The notes below the pieces were generated by a model. The model worked only from the letters and a program-made list of their open reading frames with translations, searched no databases and was not told the DNA's origin. Made by a program: the position numbers and the translations under genes. Below, piece after piece: positions 1-8,451 of a DNA stretch of 64,000 nucleotides (the first letter of the stretch is position 1; the number at the start of each line of letters is the position of its first letter). Origin of the DNA: Isoptericola halotolerans (GTDB taxonomy: Bacteria; Actinomycetota; Actinomycetes; Actinomycetales; Cellulomonadaceae); contig NZ_JABEZU010000001.1 in the NCBI RefSeq assembly GCF_013149785.1, positions 310,001 through 374,000 of the forward strand, read 5' to 3'.

Positions 1-489
1 TCCTGAGAGCCAGTCGGCGATGATCCCGAGCGCGGAGGCGGGTTCGATACGCAGGTCCAGCGGGAGGAACGCCCCGCCGGCGGAGTCCTGGACGGGCGTA
101 CGGTCCGCGACCTGCGGCCCGGTCAGGAGGGTGGCGTCCCCGGCGCGCGCCGCGACGAGGTCGTCGAGGACGGCGAGCTCGTCGCGGTGCCGGGCGACGA
201 CGACGGCGCCGCACTCCCGCACGCCGAAGCCGGCTTCCCGGCCGGCCTTGAGCCATCGCTCACGGGAGGCCAGGGCACAGGCGAGCGCGGTCGAGTCCTG
301 GGTGGTGATCGCCAGGTGGCCTCCGCGACGGGCGGTGTTGCCCACCGGTCGCTGGGCGGCGTCGACCACGAGCACCGAGAGGCCGCGGGCGTGCGCCTCG
401 ACGGCGTGCGCCAGACCGACCGCACCGGCGCCGACGACCGCGAGGTCGACCTTGGTGGGGAGCGGAGGCAGGGCGCTGTCGGGGTTCAC
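1..489 (-). CDS. FAD-dependent oxidoreductase (DAO/TIGR03364-like), 5' part; runs off the window edge
   Basis: Not in ORF track. Hand translation from GTG at 489 gives MNPDSALPPLPTKVDLAVVGAGAVGLAHAVEAHARGLSVLVVD..., a Rossmann GxGxxG motif; open to position 1. Confidence 0.8.
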   Translation of the reverse strand, partial: MNPDSALPPLPTKVDLAVVGAGAVGLAHAVEAHARGLSVLVVDAAQRPVGNTARRGGHLAITTQDSTALACALASRERWLKAGREAGFGVRECGAVVVARHRDELAVLDDLVAARAGDATLLTGPQVADRTPVQDSAGGAFLPLDLRIEPASALGIIADWLSG

Positions 490-550
490 GTCCAGAATCT
501 GCCTGAGCACAGGGCCTGCGTTCAAGGCAGCAGCGGCCTGTGGACAAGGT

Positions 551-583
551 GTTCGACCAGTGTTCACCTGCGGTTCCGCCGGG
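551..583 (+). promoter_or_regulatory. Possible PHO-box-like 11-bp direct repeats
   Basis: GTTC at 551, 562 and 573; the unit GTTCACCTGCG fits the Streptomyces PhoP unit G(G/T)TCAYYYR(G/C)G. Confidence 0.35.
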
Positions 584-661
584 CGTTCCCCGAGCGTCGC
601 GGTGCCCCGTCGCGAGGATTTCCGTGAGGTGGTGGCGGCGGCTTGTGATAGACCCGGGTAG

Positions 662-2791
662 GTGACCCAGGACACCACGGCAGACACCTCCACCCGACCG
701 CCCACCCCGTTCCACGACCTCGACGCCTTTCTCGAGGTCGGCCGCCTGAGCGGGCTGGTCCTCAGCGGTGACGGCACCCGTCTCGTGACGGCCGCCCAGT
801 CCCTCGGCCCGGAGCGCACGGGCTACGTCTCGGCGCTGTGGGAGGTCGATCCCACCGGGGAGCAGCCGGCACGGCGCCTGACCCGCAGCGCCAAGGGCGA
901 GTCGTCGCCCGCGTTCTCCGCGGGTGGCGACCTGCTGTTCACCTCGGCCCGGCCGGACCCCGAGGGCAAGCCTGACGACGATGCTCGCGCCGCCCTGTGG
1001 TGCCTGCCGTCCGGCGGTGAGGCGCGCGTGGTCGCGACGGCGCCCGGCGGGATCGGTGGCCTGCTGACGGCGAGCGACGCCGACGTCGTGTCGGTGACCG
1101 CGCCGGTGCTGCCCTCGGCGGCGGACCTGGCCGAGGACGGCGAGCTGCGCACGGCGCGCAAGGACCTCTCGGTCGACGCGATCTGGCACACGGGGTACCC
1201 CGTGCGGCACTGGGACCACGACCTGGGGCCCGACGCCGACCGTCGCTTCGCGACCTCCGTCGCTGCGGCCGAGGGTGGGCACGCCGAGCTCCGTCAGCTC
1301 ACCGGGGCGGGTCGCCAGCTCGACGAGGCCGGTGCCGCGCTGTCCCCGGACGGCGCGACGCTCGTCACGGTCTGGACCGTGGACGACCCCGGTGCGGCAC
1401 GGCGAGGGACGCTGGTCGCGATCGACACGAGGACGGGGGAGCGGCGCACGCTCGTCGACGACCCGGACGCGGAGGTCGCCTCGCCCGTCGTCTCGCCGGA
1501 CGGCCGGTGGGTCGCCTACGTCACGGAGACGGTCACGTCGCCGACCGATCCGCCGGTGGTGCGGGCGGCCGTCGTGGCGCTCGACGGCACCGGCGAGCCC
1601 GAGGTGCTGGCGGACGACTGGGACCGTTGGCCCACCTCGCTGACGTGGCTGCCCGGCTCCTCGGGCCTCCTGATCACCGCGGACGACGACGGTCGCGGCC
1701 CGGTCTTCCTGCTCACCTTCGACGCAGGGCCCGGCACGGGCCCGGTCACCGTGGAGCAGGTGACGGCCGACGCCGCGACGTTCACGGACGTCTGCGTCGC
1801 CCCCGACGGCTCCGCGGCCTACGCGCTGCGCACCTCCTACGCGGCGCCGTCGGAACCGGTCCGGGTCGATCTCGCCGCGTTCGTCGCGTCGGGCCCCGCG
1901 GGGGAGCGTGAGCCGGTGCCCGCCGTCGTGCTCCCGTCGCCGGTGGTGGCCCCCGAGCTGCCGGGTGTGCTGACCGAGGTGGAGACGACGGCGCCCGACG
2001 GTGCGCGGGTGCGGGCGTGGCTGGCCCTGCCGGCCGGGGCGTCGGCGTCGGACCCCGCTCCCTTGCTGCTGTGGATCCACGGCGGCCCGCTGGGCTCCTG
2101 GAACGCGTGGTCATGGCGCTGGAACCCGTGGATCATGGTGGCCCGCGGGTACGCGGTGCTCCTGCCCGACCCGGCGCTGTCCACCGGGTACGGCCAGGAG
2201 TTCGTGCGGCGTGGCTGGGGTGCGTGGGGCGACAAGCCCTTCACCGACCTGCTGGCGATCACCGACGCCGCCGAGTCGCGCGACGACGTCGACGAGACGC
2301 GCACGGCCGCGATGGGAGGGTCGTTCGGCGGCTACATGGCCAACTGGGTGGCCGGTCACACCGACCGGTTCCGCGCGGTCGTCACGCACGCCTCGTTGTG
2401 GGCCCTGGACCAGTTCGGCCCGACGACGGACCACGCGTACTACTGGGCGCGCGAGATGACGCCGGAGATGGCCCGCGAGCACAGCCCGCACCGGTACGTC
2501 GGGCAGATCCGCACGCCGATGCTCGTGATCCACGGGGACAAGGACTACCGGGTGCCGATCGGGGAGGGGCTGCGGCTGTGGCGCGAGCTGCTCGCCGACT
2601 CGGGGCTGCCCGCGGCCGACGACGGCTCGACGGTGCACCGGCTCCTCTATTTCCCGACGGAGAACCACTGGGTGCTCTCCCCGCAGCACGCCAAGGTCTG
2701 GTACGCCGGTGTGCTGGCGTTCCTGGCCGAGCACGTCCTCGACGTGCCGGAGGGCGAGGGGGACCGGGTGCTGCCGACCACGCTCGGCTGA
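662..2791 (+). CDS. S9 family (prolyl oligopeptidase/acylaminoacyl) peptidase
   Basis: Beta-propeller repeats (SPDG), IHGGP, nucleophile GGSFGG, HGDKDYRV, ENHW. Confidence 0.93.
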   Translation: MTQDTTADTSTRPPTPFHDLDAFLEVGRLSGLVLSGDGTRLVTAAQSLGPERTGYVSALWEVDPTGEQPARRLTRSAKGESSPAFSAGGDLLFTSARPDPEGKPDDDARAALWCLPSGGEARVVATAPGGIGGLLTASDADVVSVTAPVLPSAADLAEDGELRTARKDLSVDAIWHTGYPVRHWDHDLGPDADRRFATSVAAAEGGHAELRQLTGAGRQLDEAGAALSPDGATLVTVWTVDDPGAARRGTLVAIDTRTGERRTLVDDPDAEVASPVVSPDGRWVAYVTETVTSPTDPPVVRAAVVALDGTGEPEVLADDWDRWPTSLTWLPGSSGLLITADDDGRGPVFLLTFDAGPGTGPVTVEQVTADAATFTDVCVAPDGSAAYALRTSYAAPSEPVRVDLAAFVASGPAGEREPVPAVVLPSPVVAPELPGVLTEVETTAPDGARVRAWLALPAGASASDPAPLLLWIHGGPLGSWNAWSWRWNPWIMVARGYAVLLPDPALSTGYGQEFVRRGWGAWGDKPFTDLLAITDAAESRDDVDETRTAAMGGSFGGYMANWVAGHTDRFRAVVTHASLWALDQFGPTTDHAYYWAREMTPEMAREHSPHRYVGQIRTPMLVIHGDKDYRVPIGEGLRLWRELLADSGLPAADDGSTVHRLLYFPTENHWVLSPQHAKVWYAGVLAFLAEHVLDVPEGEGDRVLPTTLG

Positions 2792-2847
2792 CCAGGATCC
2801 ACCCTGGGGTGGATGGTGGCACCTCGCGTGCGGGCTAGCTTCAGCGC

Positions 2848-4221
2848 ATGACGAGAATCGCAGAGCCGCCGGTGGAGCCGGTCGGTCTGGTGGAACCGGT
2901 CGAGGTGGGGGACGAGGACCGGTCGGCGGGGCGCAGCGGTCGGCCTCGGCTGGTCGGCATCGACCTCGCCCGGGGCCTGGCGATCATCGGGATGTTCGGG
3001 GCGCACACGCTGGTCACGGTGGAGCTGGGGTGGCAGCCCTCGACGTGGGCGGGGGTGGTGCACGGGCGGTCCTCGATCCTCTTCGCCACGTTGGCGGGCG
3101 TCTCGCTCGCGCTGATGTCCGGGGGTCGCCGCGCGGTGGGCGGAGCGGCGTTGCGCGACGCGCGCACCCGGGTGCTCGTGCGCGCCGCGCTGCTCTACGC
3201 GCTCGGCGCGTTCCTCGCGCTGTTCGGCACGGTCGCGGTCATCCTCGAGGTGTACGCCGTGCTGCTGGTGGTCGCGCTGCCGTTCTTGCGGTGGTCTGCT
3301 CGACGGCTGCTCGTCCTCGCGGGGGTGCTCGCGGTCGTCGGCCCTCTGGCGCGGTCGCTGGTGGTGCTGCTCGTCGAGTCGCAGGGCGTCTATCCGACCG
3401 GCTTCCTGGAGATCGTGCTCACCGGGACCTATCCGGGTCTCGTCTGGATCGCCTTCGTGCTGCTGGGCCTGGGGGTCGGTCGCCTGGACCTGACGAGCCG
3501 TCTGGTCCGGGTGCGGGTCGTCGTGGCGGGCCTGCTCCTCGCGGTCGTCGGCTATGCAGGAGGGGCGGTCTCGGCGCAGGCGACCGGGCTCGACGGCGAC
3601 CAGGGGTACTCGGGCTCGGACTCGTGGTCGTCGGGCTCGGACTCGTGGTCCGGGTCGAGCTCCGTGGACGCGGTCGCGGAGGGGGTGCCGGGGGACACCG
3701 TGGACCTGTCCGACAGCATCTGCTACCCGGAGGGCGGCGGGTACGTGTACTGCGAGCCGTCGTCGTGGTCGGAAGGGGCCGACGACGAGTGGTCGGAGGA
3801 CGAGTGGTCCGAGGGGGAGGGCGAGCCCGCTCTCGTCAGAGGTCTGGCGATGCTGGTGGGCGCTGCGCCGCACTCGGGCACGCCGTTCGAGGTGGCCGGG
3901 TCCGGGGGTGTCGCGCTGCTGGTGATCGGCCTGTGCCTGCTGGCGCCGCGGCCGGTCCGTCGGGTGCTGTCCCCGGTCGCGGCCGCGGGCACGCTCGCCC
4001 TGACGTTGTACACCGCGCACATCGTGGCGCTGAGCCTCGGTGGCGCGTGGGTGTACGAGCGCCCGGCGGTGTTCTTCGGGCTGCTGGTCCTCGGGGCGCT
4101 GGTTCTCGCCGTGGTGTGGCGGCGCTGGTTCGGTCAGGGGCCGTTGGAGCGTCTGGTGTCCAGCGTCTCGCGCCGTGCTGCTGCGCCGCCTGCACCGAGT
4201 GCTCATATGCGCGACGACTGA
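2848..4221 (+). CDS. DUF418/heparan-alpha-glucosaminide N-acetyltransferase-like membrane protein
   Basis: GIDLARGLAIIGM, GRSSILFATLAG, C-terminal GPLE; many TM segments. Confidence 0.8.
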   Translation: MTRIAEPPVEPVGLVEPVEVGDEDRSAGRSGRPRLVGIDLARGLAIIGMFGAHTLVTVELGWQPSTWAGVVHGRSSILFATLAGVSLALMSGGRRAVGGAALRDARTRVLVRAALLYALGAFLALFGTVAVILEVYAVLLVVALPFLRWSARRLLVLAGVLAVVGPLARSLVVLLVESQGVYPTGFLEIVLTGTYPGLVWIAFVLLGLGVGRLDLTSRLVRVRVVVAGLLLAVVGYAGGAVSAQATGLDGDQGYSGSDSWSSGSDSWSGSSSVDAVAEGVPGDTVDLSDSICYPEGGGYVYCEPSSWSEGADDEWSEDEWSEGEGEPALVRGLAMLVGAAPHSGTPFEVAGSGGVALLVIGLCLLAPRPVRRVLSPVAAAGTLALTLYTAHIVALSLGGAWVYERPAVFFGLLVLGALVLAVVWRRWFGQGPLERLVSSVSRRAAAPPAPSAHMRDD

Positions 4222-4231
4222 CGCTCATCTG
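4200..4231. promoter_or_regulatory. Putative operator pair of the polyol regulator
   Basis: GCTCATATG (4201) and GCTCATCTG (4223); the latter is the exact reverse complement of CAGATGAGC at 8409 and 8432. Confidence 0.5.
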
Positions 4232-4273
4232 TTACGTTGGTCTTCCCAGGACCCGACGGAGCAAGGACGCACC

Positions 4274-5764
4274 ATGACCGCACTCACCGACGAGACCGTG
4301 GACGACCTGCGGGGCGCCGACCGCGGGACGGAGCCGCTCGCCCTGCCGTCGTACGACCGGTCGGCCCTGCGGGCCGGCATCGTCCACCTCGGGGTGGGCG
4401 GGTTCCACCGCGCACACCAGGCGATGTACCTCGACCGTCTGATGGAGCAGGGCAAGGCGCTCGACTGGGCCGTCTGCGGTGTCGGCGTGCTGCCGCAGGA
4501 CGCGCGCATGCGCGACGCGCTGATGACCCAGGACGGTCTGTACACCCTGGTGCTGAAGCATCCCGACGGGACCCTCGAGGGCAGGGTGGTCGGGTCGATC
4601 GTCGACTTCCTCCTTGCGCCGGACGACCCGGAGGCGGTGATCGAGAAGATGGCCTCGCCCGAGATCCGCATCGTCTCGCTGACCGTCACCGAGGGCGGGT
4701 ACAACGTGCACCCGGTGACCGGTGAGTTCGACGAGACCGACCCGGCGGTGCAGGCGGACCTGGCGCCCGGCGCGGTGCCGGCCACCTCCTTCGGCCTCGT
4801 GACCGAGGCGCTGCGCCGCCGTCGGGACCGGGGGGTCGCGCCGTTCACGGTGATGAGCTGCGACAACATCCAGGGCAACGGCGAGGTCGCGCACCGCATG
4901 TTCGGCGCGTTCGCGCGGCTCAAGGACCCGGAGCTGGGTGCATGGATCGAGCAGAACGTGCCGTTCCCGAGCTCGATGGTCGACCGGATCACGCCGGTCA
5001 CCACGGACGAGGACCGGGCCATGGTCGCCGAGCGCTTCGGGGTCGCCGACGCCTGGCCCGTGGTCGCCGAACCCTTCACCCAGTGGGTGCTCGAGGACCG
5101 GTTCGCCGACGGGCGCCCGCCCTGGCAGGACGTCGGCGTCCAGATGGTCGACGACGTCGAGCCCTACGAGCTCATGAAGCTGCGGCTGCTCAACGCGAGC
5201 CATCAGTCGCTGTGCTACCTCGGCTACCTCACCGGCTACCGGTACGCCCACGAGGTCTGCGCCGACGAGACGTTCGTGCGGTTCCTGCTCGACTACATGG
5301 AGCGCGAGGCGACACCCACGCTGCAGGCCGTCCCCGGGATCGATCTCGACGACTACCGGCGCACGCTCATCGAACGGTTCGCGAACCCCGCCGTGCGGGA
5401 CACCCTCGCGCGGCTGTGCGCCGAGTCGTCCGACCGGATCCCGAAGTGGCTGCTGCCCGTGGTGCGCGAGAACCTGGCCGACGGCGGAGAGGTCCACCGG
5501 GCGGCCGCCGTCGTCGCCGCGTGGGCGCGTTACGACGAGGGCGTCGACGAGCAGGGAGAGCCGATCGAGATCGTCGACCGGCTGGCCGACCGGCTGCGAG
5601 CTGCCGCCGCCCGGCAGGGCGAGGACCCGCTCGCGTTCCTGCGCGACCGGGAGCTGTTCGGCGACCTCGTCGACGACCAGCGGTTCACGGCCGCCTACCT
5701 CGCGGCGCTGGAGTCGCTGCACCAGGTCGGTGCCCGGGCGACGGTCGAGCGTCTGGTGGGCTGA
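4274..5764 (+). CDS. Mannitol dehydrogenase family protein
   Basis: HLGVGGFHRAHQA, SLTVTEGGY, SCDNIQGNG, SMVDRITP, KLRLLNASH; AAGGA RBS before ATG 4274. Confidence 0.93.
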   Translation: MTALTDETVDDLRGADRGTEPLALPSYDRSALRAGIVHLGVGGFHRAHQAMYLDRLMEQGKALDWAVCGVGVLPQDARMRDALMTQDGLYTLVLKHPDGTLEGRVVGSIVDFLLAPDDPEAVIEKMASPEIRIVSLTVTEGGYNVHPVTGEFDETDPAVQADLAPGAVPATSFGLVTEALRRRRDRGVAPFTVMSCDNIQGNGEVAHRMFGAFARLKDPELGAWIEQNVPFPSSMVDRITPVTTDEDRAMVAERFGVADAWPVVAEPFTQWVLEDRFADGRPPWQDVGVQMVDDVEPYELMKLRLLNASHQSLCYLGYLTGYRYAHEVCADETFVRFLLDYMEREATPTLQAVPGIDLDDYRRTLIERFANPAVRDTLARLCAESSDRIPKWLLPVVRENLADGGEVHRAAAVVAAWARYDEGVDEQGEPIEIVDRLADRLRAAAARQGEDPLAFLRDRELFGDLVDDQRFTAAYLAALESLHQVGARATVERLVG

Positions 5765-5765
5765 G

Positions 5766-6746
5766 TCAGGGACCCCCTGGGCTCGCGTACCGCTCGGCGA
5801 GCGTGGCGAAGGCGGAGACGAGCTCGGGAGGGCCGACGGCCTCCATCGGTACGTCGAACCTCCCGAACGAGGCGGCGAGCGCTCCCCACGACCAGGCGCC
5901 CGCTTCGAGGCGGCAGGTGTGCTCGTCGACGGCGGTGACCGTCCCGTCGCCGGCGAAGGGGAGCACGTCGCGCGCGGGCAGGTGGAGGACGACGGTGCCG
6001 CGGCACGGCCACGCGTCGACGTCGGACCCCTTGAAGCGGGCGGAGACGAAGGCGTCGACGTCGCCACCGGGCACCGTGCGCGGGGCGAAGCGCGGGCCGT
6101 GGGGGAGGCGCGGACGCAGGCGGTCGACGCTGTAGAGACGCCAGTCGTCGTGGTCGAGATCCCACCCGACCAGGTACCACCGGCCGTGAGAGGTCACCAG
6201 GTGGTGCGGTTCGGCCCGGCGCGGCGCGAGCGCCTGCGGGTCGTCGCCGACGGCGGCGTGGCGGGCCGCGTAGTCGAAGCGGAGGGTCGCTCGGTCGCGG
6301 ATCGTGCTCGCGAGCGTGACGAGGACGTCGAGCGGGACGGTGGGGGGCGCCGGGTCGCCGGCCCGACGGACGGCGGTGACCTCGAGCGCGTCCAGGCGGT
6401 GCCGGAGCCGTGCGGGCATGACCTGACGGATGGTGCCGAGGGCGCGGGCCGCGGCCTCCTCGACGTCCGCGCCGAGGGCCGGTGCCACCTGCAGGGCGAC
6501 GGCCACGGCGACGGTCTGGTCGTCGTCGAAGAGGAGCGGTGGCAGCTCGCTGCCGACGTCGAGGCGGTATCCGCCGTCCGGGCCCATGGTGGCCCGGATG
6601 CTGTAGCCCATCTCTCGCAGGCGGTCGACGTCCCGGCGGACCGTGCGGTCGCTGACGTCCAGCCGGGATGCCAGGAGCGGCCCGGGCCAGTCCCGGCGGG
6701 TCTGCAGCAGCGACAGCAGCGTGAGCAGCCGCGATGTCGTCGTCAT
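5766..6746 (-). CDS. HTH-WYL domain transcriptional regulator (YafY-like)
   Basis: SRLLTLLSLLQ...SDRTVRRDVDRLR HTH, GGYRL, RWYLVGWD...WRLYSVDRL. Confidence 0.92.
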   Translation of the reverse strand: MTTTSRLLTLLSLLQTRRDWPGPLLASRLDVSDRTVRRDVDRLREMGYSIRATMGPDGGYRLDVGSELPPLLFDDDQTVAVAVALQVAPALGADVEEAAARALGTIRQVMPARLRHRLDALEVTAVRRAGDPAPPTVPLDVLVTLASTIRDRATLRFDYAARHAAVGDDPQALAPRRAEPHHLVTSHGRWYLVGWDLDHDDWRLYSVDRLRPRLPHGPRFAPRTVPGGDVDAFVSARFKGSDVDAWPCRGTVVLHLPARDVLPFAGDGTVTAVDEHTCRLEAGAWSWGALAASFGRFDVPMEAVGPPELVSAFATLAERYASPGGP

Positions 6747-6765
6747 GTCCTCCACAGTAGATCCG

Positions 6766-6790
6766 GTCCAGGACAGAAGCTGACCTGGAC
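6766..6790. promoter_or_regulatory. Inverted repeat between WYL regulator and VOC gene (likely operator)
   Basis: GTCCAGG-N11-CCTGGAC in the 99-bp divergent intergenic region. Confidence 0.55.
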
Positions 6791-6845
6791 AGGTGTGAGG
6801 GTGGAGGCACGGGCCCAGTCGGGCCGACCTCACCAAGGAGCAGAG

Positions 6846-7307
6846 ATGACCATCCAGACGACCACCCACCTCAACTTCCGTGGCGACGCGCGCCAGGCGC
6901 TGGAGCTCTACCGATCCGTGTTCGGTGGGCACCTCGTCATCAACACCTACGCCGACGTCGGCATGCCGGCCGAGCTTCCCGGCGCGGACCGGGTCGTCTT
7001 CGGCCTCGTCGCCGCGGAGAACGGCTTCCGGGTGATGGGCTACGACGTCCCCGGCCGGGCCGAGGGCTCGATCGTCGGTGGTGGCTCGACCCGCCGTGAG
7101 AACGGCTCCACGGTGACCGACCAGGCGCTGTTCGTCTCGGTCGGCTCCGAGACCCTCGACGAGCTCCAGGGCTACTGGGACGCGCTGGCGGTCGACGCCG
7201 TCGTCGTCGAGCCGCTGGCCGCCTCGGCATGGAGCGCCGGGTTCGGCATGCTCACCGACCGTTTCGGTGTCACCTGGAGCTTCGGCGTCACCGCCGCCGA
7301 GGCGTGA
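6846..7307 (+). CDS. VOC/glyoxalase family protein (PhnB-like)
   Basis: HLNFRGDARQALELYRSVFGG and FGMLTDRFGVTW; AAGGAG RBS. Confidence 0.9.
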   Translation: MTIQTTTHLNFRGDARQALELYRSVFGGHLVINTYADVGMPAELPGADRVVFGLVAAENGFRVMGYDVPGRAEGSIVGGGSTRRENGSTVTDQALFVSVGSETLDELQGYWDALAVDAVVVEPLAASAWSAGFGMLTDRFGVTWSFGVTAAEA

Positions 7308-7352
7308 CGTCCCGCGCGAGGTGGAGGCCTGCTGCCGGGCGCGGTGGAGGTG

Positions 7353-8318
7353 TCAGGGATCGGTGACGACGTCTCCGGGCGGGGCGGCCAGCAGGTGCTC
7401 GAGCTCGACCGCGGCGGCGTCGTCCATGACGAGCACCGTGGCGATCCCGCCGAGGACGGCGGCGCGCAGCCCGGCGGCGGCCTCGGCCCCGTAACCGATG
7501 GCGATCACTTCCGGGGTACGGACGAGCTGGTCGAGCGTGACCCCGACGACGCGGGCGTCCAGGGGGGTGACCACGGCGCGCCCCCGGGCGTCGAAGAGCC
7601 GCCCGGAGCACTCGGCGACCGCGCCGTTCTCGGTCGCGGCGCGACGCTCGGGTTCGGTGACCTGGGGGTAGACGGTCGAGCCGGTGGCGTTCCAGGCGCC
7701 GATCGACACGACGGCGAGGTCGAGGGAGTCCGCGCGGTCGAGGGCGGCGGCGATCTCGGGCTGCTGCCGCATCCCCGCCGCGGTCGCCGGGTCACCGACG
7801 AGCAGCGGCGACCACACGGGCCAGGTGCGCACGCCGTCCATGCGGGAGAAGCGCTGGATGAGCTCGAGGGAGTTGCCGCTGCCGTGCACGGGCAGCGCGC
7901 CGACGAGCTGGACGACGTCGCACGGGGGCAGCGTCCCGAGGCTGCGGACGGCTGCCTCGATGGTGCGCGACCAGGAGACGCCGACGGTGGTGTCGGCCCG
8001 GGCCCGGGCGGCGATGACCCGGGCGAGCTCGCGGGCGAGCAGGTCGCGGGTCGAGTCGCGGTCCGAGCCGCCGGGGACGATCACGACCTCGCGGGCTCCC
8101 AGCCGCTCCGCGAGCACGCGAGCGCGGCCGGTGTCGAGGTGGGCCGGTGCGGCGATCTCGATCTTCACCACCCCGCTCTCACGGGCCTCCGCCAGCAGGC
8201 GGGCGACCTGGAACCGGGAGATCCCCCGGTGCTTGGCGATCTCGACCTTGGACCGGCCGTCGAGGTAGTAGTCCGTGCTCACGTCCACCAGGAGGCGGGT
8301 GTGCTCAGGGTCGGTCAC
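7353..8318 (-). CDS. Sugar-binding transcriptional regulator (SorC/DeoR family)
   Basis: YYLDGRSKVEIA..ISRFQVARLL HTH; GVSWSRT; LAVVSIG; LVMD. Confidence 0.9.
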   Translation of the reverse strand: MTDPEHTRLLVDVSTDYYLDGRSKVEIAKHRGISRFQVARLLAEARESGVVKIEIAAPAHLDTGRARVLAERLGAREVVIVPGGSDRDSTRDLLARELARVIAARARADTTVGVSWSRTIEAAVRSLGTLPPCDVVQLVGALPVHGSGNSLELIQRFSRMDGVRTWPVWSPLLVGDPATAAGMRQQPEIAAALDRADSLDLAVVSIGAWNATGSTVYPQVTEPERRAATENGAVAECSGRLFDARGRAVVTPLDARVVGVTLDQLVRTPEVIAIGYGAEAAAGLRAAVLGGIATVLVMDDAAAVELEHLLAAPPGDVVTDP

Positions 8319-8375
8319 GGGTCCTCGTCTCTTCCCGCGACGACGGCGTGGCGCGGGAGTTTGAGCGGATGGCCT

Positions 8376-8440
8376 TGCTCACGTGAGCATATCGAACTAT
8401 GGTCGCTTCAGATGAGCAGCACAAGCGCTCTCAGATGAGC
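8376..8440. promoter_or_regulatory. Operator sites between SorC-type regulator and ABC importer
   Basis: Perfect palindrome TGCTCACGTGAGCA (8376-8389) plus CAGATGAGC at 8409 and 8432. Confidence 0.6.
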
Positions 8441-8451
8441 GAGAGAACGAC

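Noticed and set aside
5766..7307. WYL regulator as a marker of an anti-phage system
   Set aside because: It is the common YafY-type regulator divergent from a VOC gene, with no defence genes nearby
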